Origin: an uncultured Cytophagia bacterium
GTDB taxonomy: Bacteria > Zhuqueibacterota > Zhuqueibacteria > Residuimicrobiales > Krinioviventaceae
Assembly: GCA_964607755.1 (NCBI GenBank)
Contig: CAZSMC010000018.1
Coordinates: 82-64,081 of the forward strand
Length of the DNA: 64,000 bases
Direction: 5' to 3'
The notes below the pieces were generated by a model. That model was not told the DNA's origin and searched no databases. It saw nothing but the letters and a program-made list of their open reading frames with translations. The first letter of the stretch is position 1; the number at the start of each line of letters is the position of its first letter. Made by a program: the position numbers and the translations under genes. Below are positions 1 to 11,000 of the stretch, in pieces.

Positions 1-78
1 CAAATTGCATGGCCTGAGGGCGGCGTGGTTGTGACAGATAATTTTGTATTTGATAACATTTCCTAGCCCAACCCGGCG

Positions 79-1134
79 GTGAGCGACGGATCAGGCAATG
101 CGATTATTTTGTATTCTGAAAACAGTTGGGAGGTATCCAAATTACAAAAACTGAACAGCGAAGGTAAGTTTTTATGGCACGAGGGTGTGGATATATATTC
201 ACTTGGCAGACAGATGATAAGCGATAATTTAGGCGGTGCCATTATTTCTGGCGTTCGACGGGAATTCGATGGTGTTAGCGTTCAGCATATTGTCGGAGCA
301 AATAGGATCAATCTCGATGGACAATTGCTTTGGGGTGAAAAAGGTATACAGCTTGTTGATTCTCTGGTTTACGAACCACAAAAACCAAAAATGGCTCTTG
401 ATAAAAAACATCAATTATATTGTGTATGGAGTGATAAACGAACTGGAACCTTGGATACATATTTACAACATGTAGATCTTGAGGGTAAATGTCTATTCAA
501 GGAAGGCGGATTGCCAGTGAGTCTTGTAGACTCTGAAAAAGGAAATGCGTTTGTTTACTCTAGCGATAGAGAAAAGGCAATTGTTGTTTTTGGAGATACA
601 AGGCAACCAGATAGGGGATTATACGCGCAAAAAATCGATTCATTGGGTAGAAGATGTTGGTCTAATGGTGTTTTAATTAGTAGTCGTATCCCATCTTCAC
701 TTGATGTAATCTCAGATTTTACGGGTGGAGCAATTTTATGTTGGTATGAAATTGGGACCGGTAGCGGTTGGGGTATATTTGCTCAGCAAGTAAGTCGCTA
801 TGGCAATCTTGGAGAAGTCGTCCGTACTTCCATTGGGAAAAAACCTGCCAGGCCAACTCAATTTGTATTGTACCAAAGCTATCCCAACCCATTCAATTCC
901 GAAACGATCATTAAATACGAGCTTCCCAAGGTTACCCATGTAACCCTAAAAATCTATGATATAAACGGAAAGGAGGTGATGATATTAATTAACAAGAAGC
1001 AACAAGCCGGGATACATCAGGTAATATGGAACGGTAAAAACCATAAAGGAGGTGATGTCTCAAGCGGAATCTATCTCTATCAGCTTTTTGCCGGCAGCTT
1101 TGTTGATAACAAGAAAGGGATTTATGTAAAATAA
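79..1134 (+). CDS. Secreted repeat protein with T9SS (Por) C-terminal sorting domain; the N-terminus may be interrupted.
   Basis: The last ~90 aa (YPNPFNSETIIKYELPKVTHVTLKIYDINGKEV...GIYLYQLFAG) match the T9SS type-A C-terminal sorting domain consensus. Upstream of that are about five ~50-aa repeats (G.AI...W...G) that look like propeller blades. No signal peptide is visible. The same frame carries an in-frame TAG at 64-66, and the upstream frame also encodes repeat-like sequence. Confidence 0.6.
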   Translation: MSDGSGNAIILYSENSWEVSKLQKLNSEGKFLWHEGVDIYSLGRQMISDNLGGAIISGVRREFDGVSVQHIVGANRINLDGQLLWGEKGIQLVDSLVYEPQKPKMALDKKHQLYCVWSDKRTGTLDTYLQHVDLEGKCLFKEGGLPVSLVDSEKGNAFVYSSDREKAIVVFGDTRQPDRGLYAQKIDSLGRRCWSNGVLISSRIPSSLDVISDFTGGAILCWYEIGTGSGWGIFAQQVSRYGNLGEVVRTSIGKKPARPTQFVLYQSYPNPFNSETIIKYELPKVTHVTLKIYDINGKEVMILINKKQQAGIHQVIWNGKNHKGGDVSSGIYLYQLFAGSFVDNKKGIYVK

Positions 1135-1170
1135 TTAATGTTGTTGAACAACAACTTTTACCTTAAATCC

Positions 1171-1845
1171 TTAGACAAAATACCGTAGCAAAACAATAAC
1201 CACCAAAGCAGGCAGCATATTGCTGACTTTGATGTCTTTAATATCCAGCAAATTAATACCCAGGCCCAGGATGAGCAATCCACCTACGGCTGTCATTTCG
1301 TTGACGATGGTTTCGCTGAGAAAGTCACCAAACAGCGCGGCGAGGAGTGTGAGTCCGCCCTGGAATAAAAACAGCGGGATGACCGAAAACATCACCCCGA
1401 TGCCAAGCGCAGCAGCCAGGACAATCGAGGAGAAAAAGTCCATCAGCGATTTGGTGAGCAGCAGATTCGGCTTTCCACCAAGACCTTCTTCGATGGCGCC
1501 GAGGATGGTTAATGACCCCACGCAAAACAACAAAAAAGCCGTGATCATGCCTTCCGAGAATTTATCACCGCCTATTTTGAACTTTTTACCAAGCTGACTG
1601 GAAAGAGTGTTCAACCCCTTTTCAATATTGATCCATTCTCCGACAAGACCGCCAAGAACAATACTGAACACAAGAATGAGAACGTTATCGGTTTTCAATC
1701 CCATGGACACACCCAAAAACACAGTGAACAGGCCGATGCCTTGAAACACAATATTGGTAAATCGTTCTGGCAGTCTGGAATGCAATAATAATCCGATAGC
1801 GCTGCCTACGATGACTGCGATGCTATTGACAATCGTTCCGATCAT
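1171..1845 (-). CDS. DUF554 (YqgA-like) inner-membrane protein.
   Basis: The translation MIGTIVNSIAVIVGSAIGLLL... and the multi-TM profile resemble the DUF554/YqgA family. The start is taken at the internal Met (ATG at 1843-1845) rather than the ORF maximum at 1890. Confidence 0.55.
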   Translation of the reverse strand: MIGTIVNSIAVIVGSAIGLLLHSRLPERFTNIVFQGIGLFTVFLGVSMGLKTDNVLILVFSIVLGGLVGEWINIEKGLNTLSSQLGKKFKIGGDKFSEGMITAFLLFCVGSLTILGAIEEGLGGKPNLLLTKSLMDFFSSIVLAAALGIGVMFSVIPLFLFQGGLTLLAALFGDFLSETIVNEMTAVGGLLILGLGINLLDIKDIKVSNMLPALVVIVLLRYFV

Positions 1846-1944
1846 ATTTTGCGCCTGGCGCACGCACCTCCGAAAGAAAATGGCTTGCAATTCTTGTTGA
1901 TTTGTAATATGTTAAAAAATATAATTAAATACAAGGAGAGCAGG

Positions 1945-3075
1945 ATGTCAACCTTAACAAAACAGGAACTGGTCAAACTGATTCAAGCTGTTTTTCCGCA
2001 TTTACCTCAGGACAAAGCCCTGGCCATTTTAATAGATATACCGAAAAAATCAAAAGATGACACGGACGAGTGGTCGCGGCGCCGGCAATTGGCTTTGGAC
2101 TGGACAAAGAACTTGAGCGCTGCCAAAGCAGAACTGCAATTGAACGATGTGGCGTTGTACGCTTATCCTTCTGTTGAATCCAATAACGCGGATTTACCGG
2201 AATTTTGTTCCCGCGTCGAAACTGTTCCCTCAACCGCGGATGATCTTGAAAATGAAACACATTTTAAGCAATTATTCGATAACACACAATTGTTTTTGGC
2301 GCCCACTCAGTTTTCTGCCACCGCGCCAATGAAAGTTGCTGCAAAAAAATATGGCTTTCGCGCCGCCACCATGCCGGGATTTTCTGCTGCCATGGTTCCG
2401 GCGCTACGCATCGATTACGCCAAAGTGAATGAGCGTTGTTTGATATTAAAAGAAAAACTGGATCAGGCTCTGGCTGTCAAAGTTGTTTTTGATGTCCAGG
2501 GAACAAAATACAACATGTTCTTCGATCTGCGTTTCCGCTCAGCACACGCCAGTAGCGGACGATTCCCTGAACCCGGCACGGCAGGAAATCTGCCCAGCGG
2601 AGAAACATATATCGTACCTTATGAAGGGGAACGGGACGAAAAATCGCAGACCGCCGGTATCCTGCCGGTACAATTCGATGATGAGGTTGTTTTGTTTGAG
2701 ATTCGTGAAAACCGCGCTGTAAATGTTTCAAGTAATGGTAAAAAAAGCAAAGAACAAAAAGAATACATCGGGCGAGAGCCGGCTTATGGCAATATGGCGG
2801 AACTCGGTTTTGGTTTTTTAGCTGACTTTGGGCTCAAGCCCATCGGACAGGTATTGCTGGATGAAAAACTGGGATTTCATATTGCTTTCGGACGCAGTGA
2901 GCATTTTGGCGGCGATACAGGACCGGACAAATTTTCATCGCCCGGTGCTGTTGTGCACATTGACCGAATTTATATTGCTGAAACACAGCCTGAAGTCAAT
3001 ATAAAATCCATCGTCTGTTCGACAGAAAAAGGCGATGTTGATGTAATGAAAAACAGACGTTATGTTCTTTTTTAA
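1945..3075 (+). CDS. M29-family (aminopeptidase T/AmpS-like) metallopeptidase.
   Basis: The motif DEKLGFHIAFGRSEHFGG aligns with the M29 metal-binding signature DEKIGGTVHMALG. RBS AAGGAGAG lies just upstream of the ATG at 1945. Confidence 0.5.
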   Translation: MSTLTKQELVKLIQAVFPHLPQDKALAILIDIPKKSKDDTDEWSRRRQLALDWTKNLSAAKAELQLNDVALYAYPSVESNNADLPEFCSRVETVPSTADDLENETHFKQLFDNTQLFLAPTQFSATAPMKVAAKKYGFRAATMPGFSAAMVPALRIDYAKVNERCLILKEKLDQALAVKVVFDVQGTKYNMFFDLRFRSAHASSGRFPEPGTAGNLPSGETYIVPYEGERDEKSQTAGILPVQFDDEVVLFEIRENRAVNVSSNGKKSKEQKEYIGREPAYGNMAELGFGFLADFGLKPIGQVLLDEKLGFHIAFGRSEHFGGDTGPDKFSSPGAVVHIDRIYIAETQPEVNIKSIVCSTEKGDVDVMKNRRYVLF

Positions 3076-3253
3076 AATATTTTTTCACTTGATTTTTAGC
3101 AAAAATCCAATTATCTTTATATTTATATTAAAAATAAATTATGAGACCATTGCTGTGAAAGGATCACGTTGAATCAGAAATTCAAAAGAAATCATTTATT
3201 TCAGCACAGAGAATTATTATTTCAACATTGTGCAAAACGTTTTAAAATGAATT

Positions 3254-3288
3254 AAAAAGTGCATACGGATTTCCGGTGCACTTTTTTA
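3254..3288 (+). terminator. Rho-independent terminator hairpin.
   Basis: A perfect 10-bp stem AAAAAGTGCA/TGCACTTTTT with a 13-nt loop is followed by TTTTTT. It lies inside the maximal ORF of the next gene. Confidence 0.6.
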
Positions 3289-3339
3289 GTTTTTGCCATC
3301 CAGATTTATCAGGTATCAAGGAATAAAAGTGAGGTTCAA

Positions 3340-4074
3340 TTGCAAAAAACGTTGGATAATTTAATCACGCTGCAACACATCGATTCTCAATTACAGCAAC
3401 TCGAGGAGGACAGAGGCGATCTGCCACAGCAAGTCAGGGAACGTTCCCAAGAGCTCGACCGATTGCAACAGGAATTGCAAACAAAACAAAGCCAAAAATA
3501 TGTAAATGAAAAAGAACGAACATCGCTTTTAGGAGAAGCGGATTTACAGCGTGAAAAATTAAAAAAATATAAATCGCAGCTTTACCAGGTTAAAACGAAT
3601 AAAGAATATGATGCCATAACGACGGAGATTGACAGTAGTGCCGAAAAGATTGATGATATGGAATTCAAAGCATTGGAACTTGAAGAGACCAATGAAGCGT
3701 TAAACACAGAGATAAGTGAACTTGAAAATGAGATAAAAGACAAACAGCAACAGCTTGACGTTCTGAAAAAGGATCTGGATGCCAAAATGGCCGAGTCAAA
3801 GGAACAGGAAGAGAAATTAAAAAAAGAACGTCAAAAGGTTGTAAAGCATTTATCGCCTCAGATACTAAACACATATGAACGAATTCGCAAAGCGCGCAAC
3901 GGAGTTGCCGTGGCTGTTATGCGCAACGGCGTATGCAGCGAATGTTCATCCCGAATTCCACCGCAGCGCAGGCTCGAGATCAGAAATATGAATCAACTTT
4001 ACGTTTGTGAAGTGTGCGGACGGATGCTGGTGTGGGATGAGAACGAAGAAAATAACAATCAGTCTGAAGAATAA
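3340..4074 (+). CDS. COG1579/DUF164 zinc-ribbon coiled-coil protein.
   Basis: A long Q/E/K-rich coiled coil is followed by a C-terminal C4 ribbon (CSECSSRIPP...CEVCGRMLVW). The maximal ORF (from 3259) spans the terminator hairpin and has no in-frame ATG/GTG until aa ~135. The start is therefore placed provisionally at TTG 3340, behind AGTGAGG. Confidence 0.55.
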   Translation: MQKTLDNLITLQHIDSQLQQLEEDRGDLPQQVRERSQELDRLQQELQTKQSQKYVNEKERTSLLGEADLQREKLKKYKSQLYQVKTNKEYDAITTEIDSSAEKIDDMEFKALELEETNEALNTEISELENEIKDKQQQLDVLKKDLDAKMAESKEQEEKLKKERQKVVKHLSPQILNTYERIRKARNGVAVAVMRNGVCSECSSRIPPQRRLEIRNMNQLYVCEVCGRMLVWDENEENNNQSEE

Positions 4075-4096
4075 ATATTTTTGAGTAAATAACACA

Positions 4097-4450
4097 AAGC
4101 AGAACAGGCGATCGCGTCTCGTTTTTATCGAGGCGAGGAAAGTCCGAACATCACCGGGCAGGGTGGTCCGTAACGCGGACCCGTCGTGAGGCGGGGAAAG
4201 TGCCACAGAAAACATACAGCCCCTCTTTGAGGGGTAACGGTGAAAAGGTGAGGTAAGAGCTCACCGCTTCAGTGGTGACACTGAAGGCATGGTAAACCCC
4301 ACCCGATGCAAGACCAAATAGGAGAGAAGAGGCGGCCCGTCTCGTTTGACTCTCGGGTAGGTCGCTCGAGGCGTCAGGACACTGGCGTCCCAGATAAATG
4401 ATCGCCACTTTGCCTGGCAAAGGACAGAATTCGGCTTATCGTTCTGCTTT
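4097..4450 (+). ncRNA. rnpB: RNase P RNA, bacterial type A.
   Basis: Universally conserved segments are present: GAGGAAAGTCCG(P4 5'), ACAGAAAAC, GGTAACGGTGAAAAGGTGAGGTAAGAGCTCACC, GGTAAACCCCACC, AGACCAAATAGG and CGGCTTATCG(P4 3'). The P1 ends pair (GCAGAAC/GTTCTGC), and the alignment to E. coli M1 RNA is essentially collinear. Confidence 0.92.
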
Positions 4451-4491
4451 GATTTCATATAGATGTTAGCCCTAAAGGGCGGTAGTGTGGA

Positions 4492-6195
4492 GTGTTCTTT
4501 ATGGATCTAAAATGGGTTGTCGAAGACATCATAGACAAGGCAAAGGCTTCTATTCTGGCATCCGAGCTTAACGCGCCCACGATTATTGCGCAAATTATGA
4601 TGCGTCGCGGTATTTTGACCAAGCAGCAAGCCCGCAAATTTTTTCGACCATCGCTTGAGCATCTGTACGATCCCTATTTGATGAAAGACATGTCAGAAGC
4701 AGTCGAACGCTTACGGCGCGCTGTGCTCAGCGATGAGGAGATTCTTATTTACGGCGATTACGATGTCGATGGAATCACTTCAGTATCTTTTCTTTATTTG
4801 CTGCTAAAGGAATTGGGTGCACATGTGACCTATTATATCCCGGACAGACAGGATGAAGGATACGGATTATCGGAACAGGGAATCGAGGAAGCAAAGCAAA
4901 AAAACGTCAGTTTGATTGTCACCGTCGATTGCGGCATTACCGGGCACGAAGAAATAAAGCAGGCGACCGAAGCGTCCATAGATGTTATTGTTACCGATCA
5001 TCATGAACCAGGGATGACGCGGCCTGAGGCAGTAGCAATTGTGGATCCAAAACAGCATGATTGTCCGTATCCTTTCAAGCAACTTGCCGGTGTAGGTGTT
5101 GCTTATAAACTGGCCCAGGGGTTGCTCAGGCGCCTGGGTATCGACGAATCGATCCTTGAAAATTACATCGAGCTTGTGGCTATTGGCACGTCTGCGGATA
5201 TTGTGCCGCTGATTGAGGAAAACCGTATTTTCGTCAAAATCGGATTGCAGCGCCTCAATGATAGTGAAAACACCGGCATAAAAGCGTTAATCAAGGCATC
5301 CGGATTGAACAGTCGTTCGATCGGAACCGGTCAGATAGTTTTCATTCTTGCGCCCAGAATTAACGCTGTCGGACGTATGGGCGATGCGGAGCGCGCTGTA
5401 CGGCTTTTAACCACCACGAATGAACGTGAAGCAAAAGAAATCGCCGAGGTGCTGGAAAACGAAAACCGCCATCGCAAAAACGTGGATGAAGAGGCTTTCC
5501 ACCAAGCGGTTTTGCAAGCTGACTCGGTTTACAATGATCACCAGCATTCACTTGTGCTGCATCAGGAAGGCTGGCATACCGGTGTTATTGGAATTGTGGC
5601 TTCCAGAGTGGTGGAAAAGTATTATCGCCCAACAATTTTAATCTCCATCGAGGATGGCATTGGAAAGGGATCGGCTCGCAGCATCAGCGGATTTGATCTG
5701 TATGAAGCTCTCAAACAATGCGATGATCTCTTTGTCGCCTTTGGTGGACATAAATACGCTGCCGGCTTGACGATCGAGGCGAATAAAATCGATTCGTTCA
5801 AAAAAAGATTCGAAGAAATTGCAAGACATGAATTGACCGCTGATGATCTCATCCCGACATTATCCATTGAAGCTGAAATCCGTTTGAGTGATATTGACGA
5901 CACTTTTGTAAAGTGGTTAAAATTATTTGCCCCTTTTGGTCCGCAAAATATGCGGCCAGTTTTTATTTCACGCGGCTTGCAGATTGTCGGCACACCTATG
6001 ATTGTCGGAAAGAATCATCTGAAATTCAAAGTGCGGCAAGATGGCCGGGTGTTGGATGTGATCGCTTTCAATATGGGCGAACTACTTTATCGCTTGTCGC
6101 CAGGTGAGGCCAACCTGGATATGGCGTATGTCATCGATGAAAATGAATATATGGGCCGACGCAGTATTCAATTACGCGCTAAAGATTTACGTTAA
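4492..6195 (+). CDS. recJ: Single-stranded-DNA-specific exonuclease RecJ.
   Basis: It carries the DHH motifs (YGDYDVDGITS, VTDHHEP) and a DHHA1-type C-terminal region. The 567-aa length is typical. Confidence 0.85.
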   Translation: MFFMDLKWVVEDIIDKAKASILASELNAPTIIAQIMMRRGILTKQQARKFFRPSLEHLYDPYLMKDMSEAVERLRRAVLSDEEILIYGDYDVDGITSVSFLYLLLKELGAHVTYYIPDRQDEGYGLSEQGIEEAKQKNVSLIVTVDCGITGHEEIKQATEASIDVIVTDHHEPGMTRPEAVAIVDPKQHDCPYPFKQLAGVGVAYKLAQGLLRRLGIDESILENYIELVAIGTSADIVPLIEENRIFVKIGLQRLNDSENTGIKALIKASGLNSRSIGTGQIVFILAPRINAVGRMGDAERAVRLLTTTNEREAKEIAEVLENENRHRKNVDEEAFHQAVLQADSVYNDHQHSLVLHQEGWHTGVIGIVASRVVEKYYRPTILISIEDGIGKGSARSISGFDLYEALKQCDDLFVAFGGHKYAAGLTIEANKIDSFKKRFEEIARHELTADDLIPTLSIEAEIRLSDIDDTFVKWLKLFAPFGPQNMRPVFISRGLQIVGTPMIVGKNHLKFKVRQDGRVLDVIAFNMGELLYRLSPGEANLDMAYVIDENEYMGRRSIQLRAKDLR

Positions 6196-6316
6196 TTGCG
6201 AATTGCAGAATATCGTGAGCATAGCCTGTCTAGCTGAATGTGATAAATTCGGAAAGTTTGAGCGGAAAAAGAATGTTCTTTCAATAAGATACCGTCCCTA
6301 AAAAGGAGAAGCCATC

Positions 6317-7243
6317 ATGGACCCACGAGATGAACAGGGCAAGATCTGGATGAATGGTAAATTTATCGATTGGCCCGACGCCAAAGTGCACGTGATGTCT
6401 CATGTGTTGCATTACGGCACCAGCGTTTTTGAAGGCATGCGCTGTTACAAAACGCCCAAAGGACCGAGCATCTTTCGCCTGCGTGATCATATTCAACGCT
6501 TGTTCGATTCGGCAACTATTTATAATATCCCTATCCCCTACACAAAAAATGATATCATTGATGCGTGCAAAAAGACGATCAAAACAAACGGTCTGGAAAG
6601 CGCCTACGTGCGTCCCATTGTTTATCGCGGATATCACAGTCTTGGCGTGGATCCAACACAGTGCCCGGTAGAGGTCGCGATTGGGACTTTGAATTGGGGC
6701 AAATATCTGGGCGACGAAGGTATGACCAAAGGTGTTGATGTACGCGTTTCAAGCTGGCATCGCATGGCGCCAAATACCATGCCGACCCTTGCCAAGGTAG
6801 GCGCAAATTACATGTCATCGCAATTGATTCGCATGGAAGCCAATGCAGATGGCTATACCGAAGGTATTGGTCTGGACACTTTTGGTTTTGTCAGTGAAGG
6901 TTCCGGTGAAAATATATTTGTGATCCGCGATGGCACGCTTTATACGCCCACCCTGGATTCGAGTATTCTGCCCGGCTTGACCCGCGATTGCGTGATCAAA
7001 ATCGCAGCCGAATTTGATATTCCGGTGGTGCAGATGAAAATACAGCGAGAGATGCTCTACATTGCCAATGAAGTCTTTTTTACTGGCACAGCCGCGGAAG
7101 TGACACCAATCCGCAGCATTGATAAAAGGGCAATAGGCAAAGGAGAACGCGGTCCGCTCACCGAAAAAATTCAAACGCGCTTTTTTGATTATATCACCGG
7201 AGAGCGTGAAGATAAATACGGATGGCATGATTATATAAAGTAA
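6317..7243 (+). CDS. ilvE: Branched-chain amino acid aminotransferase.
   Basis: The sequence WMNGKFIDWPDAKVHVMSHVLHYGTSVFEGMRCY, the fold-type IV PLP enzyme features and the length (308 aa) fit IlvE. RBS AAAGGAGAAG lies upstream. Confidence 0.85.
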   Translation: MDPRDEQGKIWMNGKFIDWPDAKVHVMSHVLHYGTSVFEGMRCYKTPKGPSIFRLRDHIQRLFDSATIYNIPIPYTKNDIIDACKKTIKTNGLESAYVRPIVYRGYHSLGVDPTQCPVEVAIGTLNWGKYLGDEGMTKGVDVRVSSWHRMAPNTMPTLAKVGANYMSSQLIRMEANADGYTEGIGLDTFGFVSEGSGENIFVIRDGTLYTPTLDSSILPGLTRDCVIKIAAEFDIPVVQMKIQREMLYIANEVFFTGTAAEVTPIRSIDKRAIGKGERGPLTEKIQTRFFDYITGEREDKYGWHDYIK

Positions 7244-7247
7244 TTCC

Positions 7248-7784
7248 ATGGACGAGAAGTATCAGGACAGCTTGTTACATTTTTCAGCTCCTGCTTCGCG
7301 GCGACAGGCACGAGAAATTGCGCTGTGTGCTCTTTATGCTCTGGAGGTTTCCGACAATTCACTTGAATATGTCTTGAATGAATTGAATACCGATAGCCAA
7401 GCAGACGATGATATTGTTCATTTCACCAGAGACCTTATTGTGCGGACTTTTGAGCACCGGGACGAAGCCGATAAATACATACGCAAACGCTCGACAAACT
7501 GGAAGTTCGAGCGAATCGCCATCATTGACCGGATCGTCATGCGCATGGCGATTAGCGAATTTTTGAATTTTCATGATATTCCGCCCAAAGTCTCAATTGA
7601 CGAAGCAATTGAATTATCCAAACAATACAGCACGGAAAAAAGCAGCAGTTATATTAACGGTGTTCTCGACGGTGTTTATGAAGACCTGAAAGCTGACAAT
7701 AAAATAATAAAAAGCGGGCGCGGCCGCCGGGACACACCCAGAAGAAAAAGGCATCAGAGCCCATCCGCTAATAAAAAGAGTTGA
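7248..7784 (+). CDS. nusB: Transcription antitermination factor NusB with a basic C-terminal tail.
   Basis: The motifs RRQAREIALCALYALE and ...DRIVMRMAISEF...INGVLDGV are NusB-like. It also carries an extra ~40-aa Arg/Lys-rich C-terminal extension. Confidence 0.8.
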   Translation: MDEKYQDSLLHFSAPASRRQAREIALCALYALEVSDNSLEYVLNELNTDSQADDDIVHFTRDLIVRTFEHRDEADKYIRKRSTNWKFERIAIIDRIVMRMAISEFLNFHDIPPKVSIDEAIELSKQYSTEKSSSYINGVLDGVYEDLKADNKIIKSGRGRRDTPRRKRHQSPSANKKS

Positions 7785-8039
7785 TGCTGGTAAAAACATT
7801 GTGGTTATAAAACCGGCAAATGACAATTCACTTAAAAAAATTCAAATATATATTGAATAGTCTAAACGGGGGCAGTAAAATGGTAAAGAATTCGACACGA
7901 CATGCTCACGGAACATTAAAATTATTCTTACGTTAATTTAATGTAATTATACTTTTTACGCCAAAATCATTATATCCCATTACATATATTTAATAAGAAA
8001 CATTATAGTGATAAAAGACATGTTTAGAGGCTTTATTTT

Positions 8040-11000
8040 ATGAACAAGAAATTAGAACAGTTTTTAACAAAAATAATGGGCGGATCAAGCACTGAACGCG
8101 AGTTGAAACGCATCCGTCCCATGGTTGATCAGATAAACGAGTTCGCTGAAGAATATAAACAACTCTCGGACGATGAGCTAAAGGCTAAAACAAATGAGTT
8201 CCGCTATCGTCTGCGTACAGGAGAAACTCTGGACGATATTCTGCCGGAAGCTTATGCCGTGGTCAAAGACACTTGCCGCCGGTTGCTTGGAAAAAAATGG
8301 ATGGTCCGGGGCCAGGAAACCGAATGGAATATGGTGCCGTACGATGTGCAGCTTTTGGGTGCCATCATTCTGCACGAAGGCAAAATCGCCGAAATGGCTA
8401 CCGGTGAAGGCAAAACCCTTGTCGCGACTATGCCGCTTTACCTTAACGCTCTGGAAGGAAAAGGCGCCCACCTCGTTACAGTCAATGATTACCTCGCTCA
8501 ACGTGACTGTGAATGGATGGGGGAAATTTACAAGTATTTGGGATTGAGTGTGGCGGCCATTTACGGCGAGCAAGACCCTGAAGATCGAAAAAAGGCCTAT
8601 CAGGCAGATATTACCTACGGCACGAATAATGAATTCGGCTTTGATTATTTGCGCGATAACATGACCAGCGACGTCTGGTCGGTAGTGCAGCGCCCCCTCC
8701 ACTATGCCATTATCGACGAAGTTGACAGCGTACTTATCGACGAAGCGCGTACACCACTGATCATTTCCGGTTCTGTTGGTGCACCGCGGAATGTTTATAA
8801 CGAGCTCAAGCCCACAGTAGAAAGCCTGTACCGGAAACAAAAAGAGCTTGTAGACCGGCTCCTTCAGGAAGGCAAGTCGTTGCTCGACAAGGACGAGGAA
8901 AAAGCAGGATTGCTTATCCTTCGCGCCCAACGAGGGGATCCCAAAAATGAGAAATTAATGGAATTGCTTACCTCGGAATTTTGGGTAAAAAAATTGATCG
9001 AACGTATTCAGGGACAGTTTGAAGTCAACAAGGAAATGAATACCGTTGATCAGGAACTGTACTATACGATCGATGAAAAAAGTCATGTGGTCGATATTAC
9101 CGAAAAAGGACGTATTTTCCTGTCCGGAGGGCAGGCTCTAAATGTGGCTGATAAAATCAATCAGCTCGATGACCTGGATGATATGATTCATCATCTCAGC
9201 GAGCAGAAAGATCCATCCCAATATTTTACCCAGGATCCGATTACCGGTTATTGCAACGGTTTTACCCTGGAAGGCAAGTTGGCTCTGCTGAATATGAATG
9301 GTGAAATAACAGATAAAGAAATTGGTGCTCTGGACGAGCTGGATCAAAAATTGACAGCAATCTCCGAGGAAAGCCAACAATCATCCCAGGGCAAAAAAGC
9401 AGACAAAGGCGGCACGTGGCGAAAATATTACAATATCGCAAAAAAAATGGACAGCGCTGTTAATGGTTTATCTCCAGAAGGAAAACAGTTGCTGGCAAAA
9501 GGGATTTCAGATGCGTTGCCCAAAATAGTCGAAGCGTTCGACCTCGTACTCGCCAGGCTTCGGGAAATCGCGGATATTGACAGCGATGGCCGCCTGCCCC
9601 GTCAATTGATCGACGAACGCCGGAAATTGCAGCAGGCTTTTTTTCACAACGACAAACAATCCGGTTGTCCTGTGGGTTTGACAGAGCAGGGACGTATTGC
9701 CCTGCTGGCAGCTATGCTGGGCGGCAATCCGCTGGCCGTGCCAATGATCTTTCAGTTGGAAGACATGCTCAGCAGCTCCGATGGCATTGACGCTAAAAGT
9801 CAGGAGTATTTCGATTTTACTGACAATGGTTCTGCGATCTCTCACATAGCTGAAAAGGGCCGTATCCTTCTTTTAGGCGGCAACCCGGATTTATATGTGC
9901 TGCCCGACCGCAGCATGGTTGAGGAACGCGACCAACAAATTCAGCAGTTGCTGGACAAGACCCTTAATCAGGTGTCGTACGATTACTCGACTCGCGTTCA
10001 AACGGCTGAACAGCTCCAGGAAGATCTGCAAGCCATTCATCAGGCCATTGGATCGCAGCCCAAAGAAAAACGACCGACGTATTTGCGTCGATTCTATGAT
10101 GTCGATTATCGCGACAGGGTGACCAACGAGCCGCTCATGCGCGTGACAGATAAAGGCAAAGCATTTCTCGAAGATTTCAGTTCGCAAACAATATCCGTTG
10201 TTGAAAGGCTCAATGATAGTTTACATAAAAAGAATACCGGTGTTTTTAATATCCAAAATAACACCTTAACCGGGCTCGCAGACGATCAGCTTGACGAGCT
10301 TTTAGGCGATTCGTTTTATAAAATCAATCAGCAAATTGATTCGTGGAATGCGTCGCATTCTGCTGATGCAGACACTTCTTCAGTGAACTTACGCGAGCAC
10401 CTCGATGCTCATCTTGGCCAGGATACCGAATCTGCATCGAGTTTATCCCGGCAGTTTGAAGAAATTGAACGAATCGACCGGATTATCCGCAACGTGTTTT
10501 CAGCACTTGCCAGCAGCGACGTGACCAATGCTGAAAAACGCCGCATTTTGCATCGTTATTTCGAGGTTGACACAAACGACTTGGAAAACATTCAACCCAC
10601 GCCGGATTTGGATATTCGGGGCTTGTCCGAAACCGGGATGCAGCGTCTTATTGGCCGGGCTGCTGACCGCAATGAAGTGTCGGACCGGTTGATTCAACTT
10701 TTGGAAAATCCGGATACAGATCTGGAAAGTGTCTTTGAGATGCAACCGGATGGCTATCCGTCAAACCTGAAAGAATCAGCTCGCAGCCATCTGGTCGATG
10801 GATTACCTTATTATGAATATTCCAGCGGGCTGAAAGAATTCCGCGACGAAGTGCTGCAAATGAGCGCTAACAAAGTCAGTTCCGGCGCAGAGATGGAAAG
10901 CCTGGTTCCGAGAGAGCAGGTGCAGTTGAAAAAGAAAGGCATTGCCCTCAGCGACCGCGAATTGGGTCATTTGATTAGCAAAGCTCATGCGCCAAATACA

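Noticed and set aside
64-66. Considered stop-codon reassignment (TAG read as sense) to explain the in-frame TAG in the T9SS cargo gene.
   Set aside because: TAG terminates xerC at 18012-18014 with a clean gene boundary, and TAA/TGA behave as stops elsewhere. The standard code is used.
3946-4637. Four overlapping minus-strand ORFs (89, 89, 65 and 60 aa) across 3946-4637.
   Set aside because: They sit on the antisense side of the RNase P RNA gene and the recJ start. The RNA assignment explains the conservation, and the ORFs are low-complexity with no RBS.
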